A stretch of DNA of 64,000 nucleotides. Origin: Octopus vulgaris (lineage: Eukaryota). The stretch's first letter is position 1. Each line of letters begins with the position of its first letter. Below the pieces are notes generated by a model, which made no database searches, had not been told where the DNA came from, and saw only the letters and a program-made list of their open reading frames with translations. The DNA lies in contig OX597815.1 of NCBI GenBank assembly GCA_951406725.2, forward strand, positions 126,294,001 to 126,358,000, given 5' to 3'. The position numbers and the translations under genes were made by a program. Below, one piece after another: positions 25,853-38,970 of the stretch.

Positions 25853-27412
25853 GCAGACAGACAGACAGAGACAGAGATAGACAGACATACACACACACAC
25901 ACACACACATACACATATATATATAATTACATATACATATATACATAGACACGCACTCATATTTCCTTTATTTGTCTATAAATCAGAAAAATAGCTCACT
26001 CTAAAAGAAATTATGAACAGTTATACTTGTATGTAGTCAAGTAGTTTATCCTTCGTTATGACTTATTGCTCTTGGCAATGTAAATGACTCATTAGACGTA
26101 CTGCACATAGTCTCTTTACTGATGGAAGTAACTTCGTCAATTTGACAGTCAAAAAACAGATGAAGGGAAAATTCCCTTTCTGAGAGGGAAGAAGAGTTGC
26201 CTGAGGTCGAAGAACGTCAGCTACGCCTACGTTCGTTTTTTTCCATTTTATAATCCGCAGCGGGGAAAACCATGTTTCCAAAATTAATTTTCTGTTATAA
26301 GGACATCAGCTAAAATTTTCCTTTTGAATTCAAGAAGGCACCTAGACGTATGAATTATTTAGTATCATCGTTCTATCGGCTACGCAATGTTTTACTGTCA
26401 GCTTCCGTTGAAATATAGCCCAAGTTGTTCTAACAGGTGACTGTTAATTTTGTGCGGAGTATCCTTTTCTTTTGATCGCTATATATCGCTGACTAATGTT
26501 ATAGTGTTGGGCTGCTCAGGGATCCTAAAAGAGGACCTGGGGTTATTTAGCCCGGCCTTAGATAGACTCTCCATGTGCGCCCTATGTGCTGCTGCAGTTG
26601 GACACCACTTCTGGTTCGTGTTCTATGACTTCACTGTTGTATCAACCACTAACTGGGTGCTTACTTTTAACCTAAATCGAATATTCTGTCTCTGCACGGG
26701 ATTTGAAGGTAGGCCCTTAAGTTATGCCTATTGAATAATCTCCAATACTGTGTGAAATGCTTATCTTATTTTGACGCTGAACGAGAAGCATAGGACAAAC
26801 CAGAGAACTTTACGACGTCAACTCCCTGACATATAAGTGATGCGATCTTAAGCCCACTGGCTGCCCGAGCTTCCGTGTAATAGGGACCACTGCGTCAAAA
26901 ATGTATTTATTTAAGGACAGGTCTGAAATTCTCTTATGACACCATTACAAAGTTTTTAAACACTATAGTAAGGTGGCAGGAGGGTGTGTTGATATATGAA
27001 GCGCAAGGGATGTGGTAGAGTCTGTATAAACCGTCGCCAAAATCCAGACAGTTTTAGCTGTTCGTGGCATGAAATTCTTTCTGCAAACGTTGTTTTCCTC
27101 GTTTGCGAAATAGATGACAGAAAAAGCAGGTACAACCGAACCACTTCGACCACAGCTGGCATCGTACGAGGCTCACAACGCTTCTTTCCCTTTGAGAATG
27201 GTGATTTTTTCGTTTTTTTTTTTTTTCACGGCCAAACTACCCCACACTGTATGTTTATCTCCTTCGGTAAAGGTGCTATGTGCTTCTGGTCACTATGTCT
27301 AATGAATCTTCTCATTGCTAAGTGCAACAGTAGATGCAAGACCTATGGTTTGTAACAATCTGACCGATCATATACGAAAACAACGGAAATAGTGATAATA
27401 ATAATAATGATG

Positions 27413-27460
<48 letters not shown>

Positions 27461-27468
27461 TATGTGTG

Positions 27469-27670
27469 TATAAATACAGTGTACATTTAAACACATAAGA
27501 GGTGACTAACATAGGAGACCTAGCATACTAGAAGAAGTAGCCAAAATCCAAACCACTATTAGGGATAAATTTATCCCTAATAGTGGTTTGAATTTTGGCT
27601 ACTCCTTCTAGCATGCTAGGTGTTCTATGTTGGTCACCTCTTATCTGTTTCAATGTACACTGTATTTATA
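27469..27670. repeat. ~200-bp fold-back (MITE-like) hairpin
   Basis: Two ~100-bp inverted arms with scattered mismatches meet at GGATAAAT|TTATCC. The ends are TATAAATACAGTGTACA / TGTACACTGTATTTATA. Confidence 0.9.
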
Positions 27671-27965
27671 TGAATAATATATAGTCTATTGACTATTTTT
27701 CTAAATGCTAGGCCACTGGTAGTAAAACATTTCTAAAATTTTTTCTTACACTGATATTTATTCATTATATATGTGTATATGTGTATATATGTGTGTATGT
27801 GTGTGTGTGCGTGTGTGTGTGTCTGTGTGTGAATGTGTGTGTGGATGTGCTCGTGCATATATATGCATATGCATATGTATGTGTGTGTATATATATATAT
27901 ATATATGTACATGTGGGTGTGGGTGTGCATGCGCGTGTGTATCTATGTGTGTTTGTGTATGTTTG

Positions 27966-28007
<42 letters not shown>

Positions 28008-29595
28008 TATTCTCCAGTTTTATTGATCTCGTTGTTGTATATAATATTTGATATCATGGAAAGAGAAATTATTAAAATATAATTTTAGGTTAAAAGTTTT
28101 GAAAAAATATAGAAAATTATACCTTACATTGTTTGTTAATCATGATTTTTCTGAGACATTATTTTTTTATGATTTTTGTATGTTTTCAGTGTTGGGAGTT
28201 ATGTGTAATAACAGACTCCCACTTCTTCCTGAATGCGTTGCATAAATTCTCTTTCTTTACATTTACTGTACTGCTTATCGATGTAGAAATTTTATAATGT
28301 AACGTTGAAAATAGAATGTGAATAGACGTATATCTTATAGCTACTGAAGGTTATCCTTTTTTTATGGAAAACCAAATCTCATTTTTAAGATGAAGCTCTT
28401 CATATTTCATTACAATTAATCCAACATGAGTTAAATTTCTTATGGATTGAACTGAATTATATTTGCAATGTTTAAAGAAAGAAATTAAATGCCTAATTTC
28501 TCTTCTAGACTTCTTAGTTGTTCAACAATAAGAAGAAGAACTTCCTTTGTATGATGTCTGTTTATCAATGGAAACATTTTAACAATACCATATCTTACTT
28601 TACTTTATCGACTTACTATTCTTTCTGAAATGTTGCTAGTTTATTCGTAGAATTCAGAATGATTTCTTTTTTTACTGTACAAACTTCAGCTACAAATCTG
28701 AAATTCATAATAAAAATATCCACAAAGTTGTTTTTTGGTTAGTTTCTTCAATAACAAAAAATAATGCTGTTTATTCAGAGTTCTTGCACACTGCAGAATA
28801 CCCTTCCAGCTGACAGCCATCTCACTTGCTAGCAACTATGGGTCTTCATATAATGCGTAAACCTAAGAATCTATGTTGTGACAAAACATATCTATACAGA
28901 TTATCTCAAACAATAACTTACGGTATGTACATTTAGGTTTATATCAAAAGAATGATTTAACCGTTTCTTACAAAGATAGTAAGTATACTCTTGGTAGGTT
29001 AAAGAAGAACATGGCAAAATACTTTCGAACTTTTGGCGAGCTAAATCACCATTACGATAAACCTCTCTCAGTTAATTTCTTAGATGTCGCAATAAAACAA
29101 TGTACCAATGTACACAATACATATAAAAAAAACACAAAGAGAAGTTTATCTGCATGAACACACCCATGTGACACATACCAGCTGTCTTGAAAAACTAGTA
29201 AGGAATATTAGTAGGATATCAAAGTTTCAAGTAGGAAAATATTAAGAGACACAGGTGCAGCGGTAAGAAGTTTGCTTCCCAATCACATAGTTCCTGCGAG
29301 TAAATTTTTTATTTAGTAACCGACGTCATTTTTTTTTTAAACTTTACTTAAGTTTACTCTGTTTGACATAGGTTTCCCTTTTGAGAATTATATTACTATC
29401 TTATTTACACAGAGCTTCTCGATAACTTCTTCCTTTTACACCCTGACCCCACCTCCAAGCGGCACCCTCCCGCTAATAACTTGTAGCATTCCCTAGTCCT
29501 TTAATAGCTCATTTTCTCATCTACGTTCTTTGAGCTTGGGTGGTAAATAATTATGTGCACTTAACATATTGGGCTTTTAGACTATTTGTCTAAGC

Positions 29596-32595
29596 CAGTG
29601 GTTCTCAACCTGGGGGTCTGTGGTCCCCTTGGGGACCGCGAAGCGATTTTTGCGGGTACTGCGAAAGCATCGGAAATCTTTTCTGCAATTCAGTGGCAAA
29701 TCACCAACAATTTTAGAAATTTTTTACATCAAAACATAATCGTATATTCATAGTGGGTATTTGTATGAATACGCAATTCTCATGTGCATTGCCGTAGAAT
29801 ATAATATGCTGGTAGCTTAGCAAAACCTGTCTAGACATGCATGGTAAGGTCGTACTAGTGGGTTCACGCATACGTATACAGCGCACTGTATCGGCCGTTA
29901 TGCTGGTAATTTTAGTCTTAAGTGAGTGGTCTGTGATTATGAATGCTGCTTTAAAACACTATTCACAGTGCAACTTGATTAAGCAAATTTTCCTTTTTGC
30001 AAGTGATCTTGTAAGCACGGGTGATTTCATCAACTTCAATCGCTCTCAGACGATTTACCGTTACAGAGAAATTCATCATCTTCGTAATCTAATGTAAGTT
30101 TACATACACTGGTTTATGTTATCGTGCGTTAGGGTTATGATTACTCGATCATGATTATTTTCAAAGTAAAATAAGGCTATCAAGTCGAATAATTTTGCCA
30201 AATCAAATGTGAAGACGTAGTTTATCAATTACCATTAGTTGCACGATTGACACCATGTAAATTTCTGTTTTTTGGAATCAATCCAAGAAAGAAAATGAAA
30301 TACGACATATCCTTCTTGAAATTTGGCTTTACTGTTATAATTTCAAATGGGGAGGAGAGACCACAGTGCGTTCTGTGTTCCGAGATTTTGGCATCATCTC
30401 TCAAACCCAGCAAGTTAAAGCGACACTTGGAAACAAAACACCCTTGCTTTGTTGACAAAAAGGAGGATTTTTTCAGAGAAAAAGCTGATGTTCTGATACG
30501 CTTTAGACTTGATGACACGGGAAGTTCTTTAGATATTACTTCGAAATTTCGTTAAAAATCGCTACCACAAAAAAAGCCACACAACATTAGAGAACAACTG
30601 ATCTTGCCTTGTTGCAGAATGATTATTTCAAATGTTTTCGGTCAATGTGAGCTTTCAAAACTGAAACATATCTCCCTTTCAAATGACACCATCAATAGAC
30701 GAATCGCCGAATTATCTGAAAATATACTTTCCCAAGTGGTGGCAAAAATAAAGAATTCCACATTCAACTTTTTTCTTTCCAACTTGATGAATCTACGGAT
30801 ATCGAATATGACTCAACTGTGCATCTTTGTACGGTATATTCACAATAAGAGTGTGGAAGACGATTTTCTGTTTTGCGAATCTCTCCACTCTAAAACGACA
30901 GCAAAGGACATTTTCGTCAAAGTTGACAACCGCTTACGTGCACATGACATCAATTGGGAGCACTGTATCGGTGTCTACACTGACGGCGCTCCGGTTATGC
31001 TAGGTTGCCGCTCGGGTTTTCAAACACTTGTCAAACAAAAAGCCCCGAATGCTCTTGGGACACATTGTACAATTCACTAACAAGCTCTTATGGCTAAGAC
31101 TTTACCAGATACACTTTAAAATGTTCTGAATGATGTTATTGCTGTAGTCAACTTCATCAAATCTGGGGCGCTAAATTCTCGTCTCTTCGCAGATTTATGC
31201 CGAGAAAATTATGCCGATTTTGAAACTCTTCTGTTGCACTCTCGCGTCCGATGGTTATCTAAAGGGAAAATACTGATGCGAGTTTTCTTGCTTCGAAACG
31301 AAATAAGTGAATTTATTCAGGACTCGAAGCCTTGTTTGCGAGCTAAATTTTGTGACGTTCGATTTTTTATATTCGACTCTTTCAACACTCTTAATCTAAC
31401 CCTGCAAGGAAAAGGTGTGACAGTACTTCACTGTCAGGAAAACATATCTGCTTTTAACATGAAACTGGAACTTTGGGCTTCAAAATTGCAGAGGAAAAAC
31501 TTTGTCCCTTTTCCTCAGCTTAATAAATATATTGATGAAACGCGTCCCCCCTCGATGATGATATGGTTGAGATGATGCGAAACCATATTTGCTTTATTAG
31601 GGAAGAATTATTCCTATATTTTCCTAATTTGCAAAACTTTGAGCAACTTTACTGCTTCATAAACAATCCATTTCCCATATCTCTTGCTGATCTCCCTTCC
31701 GATGACAACCGTGCAGTGCAGTTCTTAGAATTGTTGAATGACGGAGCTGCAAAACAGATCTTTTGTGAAATGAGTTGTTGTGACTTTTGGATTCAGATAG
31801 CACAGCTTTATCCAGCTATTTCAAAGATGGCACTGAAATATCTGGTTCCCTTCACAACCACTTATGAGTGCGAGTTGGTGTTTTCTGCTCTTCAATCGAT
31901 AAAAAGCAAACAATGAAACAGACTGGATGTTACACGCGATATGAGGGTTGCATTATCCAGAACCCAGCCAAATATAGACGAGTTGGTAAAGCTAAAGCAA
32001 ATACATTAATCCTTCTTTTGAACAGGTTTAATGATTGTTCTTTAATACATCTATCAAAAATATCCTGTCTTCTATCGGTTTTCGGCAAATATATATGCGA
32101 ATCAAGGAAAGAATCGGCGAAAATAAACAAAGAATTAAGCGCTACGTCAATGCCGATGCTCCCTTTCTTATACCTGGCCTTACTTACCACCGAACTTAAT
32201 ATTTGTGAAAATGGGTTTGAAAACATAAATTAATAATGAATAATTAAAGTTTGGTATAGTAAACTGGGACCCTACTTCATAGCCTAAAAGAAACAAAATG
32301 TTAATTTTTTCATATCATTTTGCCAACATCTGGTGTCCTGTTAGTGTCATTATTGTTATTTTATGCTTACATCTAACATTTATATTTAATGGCATTATTG
32401 AGATTTTGTGTATTCAACTACTTAAGCCTAATAGTAGAATGATCGCGAACATTTTGCATTTGATTAATCTCTTATTCCTGCCAAAATAGGCCGGGACTGC
32501 GAGGCCTTCAAAAAATGGCCAGGGGACCGCGAGACCTCCAAAACATGGCCTGGGGACAGCGAAACAAACATTTTGAAAAAGGTTGAGAACCACTG
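29596..32595 (+). mobile_element. hAT DNA transposon, Buster/Charlie subfamily, full length but decayed
   Basis: Perfect 16-bp TIRs CAGTGGTTCTCAACCT; degenerate 8-bp TSD GTCTAAGC / ATCTAAAC (nnnTAnnn); subterminal GGGACCGCG-type repeats at both ends. Confidence 0.95.
30247..32010 (+). pseudogene. hAT transposase pseudogene (ZBED5/SCAND3/Buster-like)
   Basis: BED finger (PQCVLC...KLKRHLETKH), SLSNDTI, TDGAP, HCTIH, RWLS and C-terminal PFTTTYECE..FS, broken by several frameshifts and stops. Confidence 0.9.
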
Positions 32596-32661
32596 ATCTA
32601 AACCATGTTTTCTTATCTCTTCCTTCTCCCTTTTGTTTATATTGTATGCTTTTGCTTTTCA

Positions 32662-32748
32662 CTCTGATGAAGATCGGTTGCCTTAATTCGAATGCCCTAT
32701 GAAGATGAAGAGTGCATTCTGGGGATTTTTATCAGAAACATCTGTTAG
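32662..32748 (+). ncRNA. Degenerate type-I hammerhead-like fold with long stem II
   Basis: CT-CTGATGA (32664-32670), GAT/ATC and GAATGC/GCATTC helices, GAAAC-ATCT-GTT-AG. Stem I is only 2 bp. Confidence 0.35.
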
Positions 32749-33009
32749 CTTTGTTATGTCTTGCTTTGTATCAATAAACAAGCTTTAAATGTGGTTTTAT
32801 CGATGTATTGATTAATCTATATTTTTCTCCTTTTCTAATTATTTGTGTTGGTTACATCCTCGATGTATATGGTGTCCCTGGACACCATTTCCCGGGGAAA
32901 CACAGGTAACGGATACTGATAGTACATACGGATATTGTATCCCTCGGTCGGTTACTACAACTGCTAACTCTCTCTCTTTCTCTCTCTCTCTCGCTCTCTC
33001 ACTCTCTCG

Positions 33010-33054
<45 letters not shown>

Positions 33055-33314
33055 TATATGAGTGTATGAGTATTTATACAGAGAGGTGAACCTACAAAGG
33101 GCAGCCAAACACACACCACGAAAAACGTAATTCCAAAGAGAATGAAAACAAAACTTATTTATAGTTAACCCCAAACTCGAGCTTCTGTACTATTGAACAA
33201 ATAAGTTAATTTATCATCCGTACATAGTCAATGGGTCCGCTAAGTTTTGGGGACATAAATACACCAGCATTCGTTGTCAAGCGGTGGCGGGGAGACAAAC
33301 ACAGTCACACACAT

Positions 33315-33389
<75 letters not shown>

Positions 33390-33891
33390 AAATCCACTCA
33401 CAAGACTTTGGTTGGCCTGAAGCTAGAGTAGAAGACACACAAGCATATAAAAACTATTTACATATATATATATATATACACACAAATACACATTCTCTGT
33501 GTGTATTTATGTGTGTGAGTGTGTGCGTGTGTGTGGGCGTGTGTGTGCATGTGTGTGTGTGATTTAAACATGTATATCATGAATACGACACGTAACGAAA
33601 TATCTAGCCTGAGGCATAACAGCACAAAGTACTCTATAAATACTTATCAATAACCTAGGATATTTACAGCTACGACGACAGTCTATGTGATAAATATGGA
33701 ACGTAATTAATTCAGAATGATATCTATTTAGCGCTGGAACAGGGCCTGTTCACACGCATTCACACACATGTCGAAAAAAGCAAATATTTTCTATGTATAC
33801 ATATAAACATATATACATACATACATTTATACATACATATATATATATGTATATATATATAAATATATGCATACACATATGTATATGTGTA

Positions 33892-33950
<59 letters not shown>

Positions 33951-33996
33951 CACACACACATATATATATACATCTTTCTCTCTCTCTCTCTCTCTC

Positions 33997-34034
<38 letters not shown>

Positions 34035-34038
<4 letters not shown>

Positions 34039-34690
34039 GAATTAAGAGGAATGACCACTGAAGTAGACACCCTATATTGAATTTTTTAATTTTCGGATTT
34101 TTTAAATATGCCAAGCCACTGGTTTTAATTGATTAATATTAATTTCTACCCTTATCATTTAATTTTAAATAAATAATGTTCTCTAACCGGTAAATTGACT
34201 GCTGTAACTCATTAACTGCAGAGTAATTTCCGGCTTCAGCGCCCCAAAATGAAGACATTTGAAAAATACATCCAAATATAATTTGTAAAACTTTACACAT
34301 GCTCGATTTCGGTTGAGCGATCTGTATCTAGTTCGGGAAATTGTGTTTTGTAAGCGACGGACTACGCTGACGATCTTGCAGATATTTGCGTATTTATATA
34401 CGAAGATATTAACAAGTGAAACCATGGTACGTAGATAATCGTTTTTTATTTCGCATATTTTCATTTGTCTTACTTATTTTTACATTTTGGCGTTTTGCTG
34501 AGATTTTTTCTCGAGAACACATTCTTCGTGGTAAAGACGATTTGACGTCTATCTTTAGCATATAGAGTGTCCACTTTAGTGCTCATTCCTCTTAATTTTG
34601 TATGTAACACAATTTTTTTTAATCTTCGGATTTTTTAAATATGCTAAGCCACTGGTTTCAATTGATTAATATCAATTTCTGCCCTTATTA

Positions 34691-34700
<10 letters not shown>
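34035..34700. repeat. Two more pieces of the 16.1-kb fold-back family
   Basis: TTAAGAGGAATGACCACTGAAGTAGACACC at about 34042, the inverted GTGTCCACTTTAGTGCTCATTCCTCTTAA at about 34567, and a direct repeat of the AAGCCACTGGTTT.AATTGATTAATAT tail. Confidence 0.75.
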
Positions 34701-34734
<34 letters not shown>

Positions 34735-35092
34735 GTGTGTGTGTATGTGTGCATATACATATGTATTTATGGCCGTGCCCGTGTGTGGGCGTGTGTGTGT
34801 ATTTGTGTGTATGTATATATCAATCAAGTGTACACTATTATATATCTATTACGACCAATCATACCAATCATACAAATAGAACCGTGCTGTTTTCTAACAT
34901 CCGGTTTAATACCCAGTGTGAAACCGATTTGTATGATCGGCCGTGATGGATATATAACACCGTACACTGATTAATATGCACAGTCTATTGAAAATATTTT
35001 CTGTCTTATGAACTTGTGGATTCAAAGACGACTATGTATGTATGTATGTATGTATGTATGTATGTATGTATGTATGTATGTATGTATGTACG

Positions 35093-35541
35093 TATGTCAT
35101 TGTTCAGTTTTATTTCAAGATTTCTTACCAATAGAGAAAGAGACGGTTTCTAACCTAGATCAAATGCTCCTTCATTGGAATTTTACCATCAACAACAGAA
35201 TATTTTTTATCTATGTATGTGTGTATGTTTTGTTATGTATGTATTTTAAGGTTTTGCCTTGGTGTAGCGATACTGGTAAAGTGTGGTTAGAACCTCATAA
35301 AGCGTTTGATGAGTACAGAGCAAAATATGAAATTAAATAATGACAAAGGAAGAAGAAATTATGCAATGAATTACATTAATTTACGGCTATCACCTTATAG
35401 CCTCATTGGAGCTCCGAGGGAGTCATAAGGTGATGCAGAAGTACTCAGTTCTATGTGTACTGCATCTATAGCAGAAACAGCCGTAAGATAATGAAGTTCA
35501 ATATATAATTTCCAGTTCATTTATAGCCATTATTTCATTTC

Positions 35542-35603
<62 letters not shown>

Positions 35604-35960
35604 ATATATATGTATATATGTATGTATGTGTGTGTGAGAGAGAGTATGTATTTTCATGTGTATGTGTGTGTATTCGTGCGTATACATACATACATGCATA
35701 CATGCATACATACATACGTGCATGCATTTAAATATATATGAGTATGTCTAGATATGCAACTATATGAATGAGAAGATATGCATAAAGCAAAACATACAAA
35801 TCTGCATATATACATGAGTACATACATATATTCATGCATACAAACGAAAATACTCTATTGTTGATGTTGAAATTCCAAAGAAGGAGCCTTGAATCCAGGT
35901 TAGAAACCGACTCTTTCTCTATTGGCAATAAATCTCGAAATAAAACTGAACAATGACATA
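35093..35960. repeat. ~115-bp inverted repeat pair (35093-35208 / 35846-35960)
   Basis: TATGTCATTGTTCAGTTTTATTTC...CCAATAGAGAAAGAG.CGGTTTCTAACCT...TTGGAATTT and its reverse complement. Confidence 0.8.
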
Positions 35961-37879
35961 CATAGATACATACGTACATATATACAAACATGCATGTAGT
36001 AACAGCTTAAACAAGAATAGAAGAGAAAAACAGTTGAGCAAGAATCTGAGAGAAGAATAAAATGTCTGTGGATATAACTAAAATTCTTCTTCGTACAAGA
36101 CTGGGAAGAATTCAAATTAGAGATCAATACATACGCATGCACACAGGCACACACACACACACACACACACATACAGAGGGTGAAAGCGATAAAACGAAAT
36201 GACATAAAATTTTATGCAAGATAAACATATACATTATATAAATCCTTTCCCTTTGACTGATTTACGTGTGATTCCGACCAAGCTACACAGTGCAAATGTC
36301 TATGGTATAGACATATACATATCTATATAAATGCGCACGCATGTTAGTGTGTATGTGTGTGTTTGTGTGTGATTACTGTATACATATAGTATACACATAC
36401 ACACATATATACATAATGAATCGCTTACGCGGTTTCACACGAGTAAGTTTATATTAAAATACAGATAGAAGAAAATGCATATACAAATGTTAGAAAATAT
36501 TTACATTTTTATCTAAAATTGCTACTGGCGATTTAAGTGGGAAAGTACATTGCAATAATTTGAATTAAAATTCATTTTTTCTGATATCTTTTCTGGTAGC
36601 CTGCATCTTTACACATCGTTTTTTCTACAAAAATTACATAATGCGGATCGGAATGTCACCGACGTTCCTAACCGACTGTTGCACTTGGAAACATTGACAA
36701 CTCTTCAGACATGTTAACCGGTAGGGCATAGCCTGTTTCTTTAATACTGTAAATGATCATATAGTTCTGGTTCGATAAGTCATGATGGAAAAGCAGAACG
36801 AAAAAGTGATGAAAAGTTATAGTATTTTCCAAAAGGTAATGTGCATGTGTTCATATTTTTCGTTCTCTAGTCCAGAAACGGGGACAACTACGAGTTTCTT
36901 TTCCAGAGGGCAGCGACAAAATATTTTGTCTTCAGGAAGGCATCTGATCATGCGAACATTTTCGAATAATACACCTCTCAGTCAAGTAAAACTTGCAACG
37001 ACTATTTCCTTTCAGATAAGGCTCAGGCTGTTTCCGAAGATTCCAGTTGGTTATATTCGGGGTTTCTTCCTCTTTTAATCGCCATATATAACTGCCTAAT
37101 ATTGTAACTTTGCGCCTCACCTTGACTCTAAAAGAAGATCTGTGGTTATGTAACTTGGCTTTAAAGGGTTTCCCAATTGCCCCACCATATTTCTGTGTGT
37201 GAGTGTGTGTGTCTGTGTGTGCGTGTGTGTATGTGTGTGCGTGTATGTGTGCGCGCGCGCGCGTGTGTTGTACAACACTTCTTCGACTTCATAGACCACG
37301 GTCTCTGTGTTTCATTGGCCATTGACAGTGCACTCACTGTTAAACCAACGTTTTCATCCTATCATGCCTCTACGTGAGGCTTTGGGAAATTCGCTAATGC
37401 TTTTTTCTCACTTTCTTCACCCAACGTTAAAACCTTCTTCCTAAGATTAATGGATAGGCCTTTTGCACATTCGCATAGTCATAGGAAATTATTCAATATG
37501 TATATCTTAAAGGTCTCCTGCTGTGTGCATAGCATCAAGTAGAAGGGACTATTTAGCTAATAAACTTTTCCTTCTTTACTCAGAAGAAAATTCTCACTAA
37601 ATTATCATGTTTGTTCCTATTTGAGTGAAATAGACAAATTATAACTGCATTATATTCGTTCATTCCGTTATGGCTAAATGACTGTGGATGTCATCATGTT
37701 ATATGAATAATGTAGTGTACGTGACTATATCGTTGTCTTAGTCCATATTTTTTGCATTACATTTGATTTGTCAGCCACACTTTGTTGAAACTACTGTAAA
37801 AAAAGAATTAATGTAATACTAGTGACTCCATTTTCTATTTATTATTTAAAGATTTTCTATTTTTCAAAACCTATGTTTC

Positions 37880-38660
37880 TACCGGAGATTTTCTCCTTCA
37901 TACAAGTTCATCTAAGTATTTCCAAAACTCATGCAGGGAGATTTTATCTGCTAATTGCTTTATAACCTTTCTGATAGAAGTCCTTAAACTCATCGTATTA
38001 TGTGTGTGATAGCATACCAAAATGGTTATCTCATATATTATACTTTAATCTTATTTTACTTTCTTCTTCTCTTTTTATCTATTCATTTTTATTACAAAAT
38101 GCCTTAAAATATTGAATCACATCACATCCTTACCAAGAGGTCCTTAACAGTTCTATCTGTTTCCTTCGTTCTCTAGTCCCTAAGTACTGGCATGATTTCT
38201 GTTTTTGAGAGCTACCATCACTGCCATACCTGAAAATATATTTTCTTTAAGCTAAGACTGTGTAGCCAGAGAAATATAGTTATGTAATAATTTCTTCTAA
38301 ATTTCCTTTTATTCTCTAGTTAATGTATTTTATTTCATTATTTTCACTCAGTAGTTTCTCGTGGGAAGGCTTTATTCCTGTGTTAACGTCAAAGTATTTC
38401 GGTCTTAACATTGGGTCTTAGGCTTTTCAGCGAAGCTGTCATTAAAAAAAATTTTTTTTTTCATTCTCTGCTTTGATTTTTTGTAATTGCTTTTTCAGGT
38501 ATAAGCCCCGTGGGAGTTTTTCTTGCTGTCGTTTTAACAAGGCTTTCTGAAGCTTAATTAACTCAGATTTTGGCTTTTACATGATTTTTGTTGCTTAACA
38601 TTTCTCCTCATAATTATTTGTTACATCAACCTCTTCCATTTTGAAGGCGTATTCCACATC
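37880..38660 (-). mobile_element. Highly decayed R4/Dong-like (RLE) retrotransposon 3' remnant
   Basis: Minus-strand traces EKLPRGLY, TQE*SLPTRNY, ISGYTVLA*RKY and ETDRTVK follow the order expected for an R4-clade C-terminus. The remnant abuts an (ATT)n/(ATC)n tract. Confidence 0.45.
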
Positions 38661-38689
38661 AAAAGAACAGCTTTTTGCCTTGCTCTTTT

Positions 38690-38891
38690 GCTGTTATTAT
38701 TATTGATGTTGTTGCTATTATCATCATCATCACCCCTTTATTATTATTATTACTTTTTTTTTCCTCTTTAAAATTTGCTTCCATTTCTTGCCGAGTGTCT
38801 TCCCGACTCCTTATTATTATTATTATTATTATTATGATTATTATTATTATTATTATTATTATTGTTATTATTATTATCATCATCATCATCA

Positions 38892-38940
<49 letters not shown>

Positions 38941-38970
38941 CATCATCATCATCATCATCATTATTATTAT
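38690..38970. repeat. (ATT)n/(ATC)n microsatellite (similar tracts at 50738-50990, 51589-51790, 52712-52930)
   Basis: Direct inspection. These tracts are the source of the poly-Ile/Leu/Tyr ORF artefacts. Confidence 0.95.

Larger units (their letters stand above)
29312..32959 (+). mobile_element. Putative ~640-bp solo-LTR-like unit split by the hAT insertion
   Basis: 13-bp inverted termini TTTAGTAACCGAC / GTCGGTTACTACA (1 mismatch), AATAAA near 32773 and a hammerhead-like core at 32664-32748. No TSD seen. Confidence 0.45.

Noticed and set aside
32483-32562. Three ~30-bp spaced repeats resembling a mini CRISPR array
   Set aside because: They are hAT subterminal repeats in a eukaryotic context, with no unique spacers.
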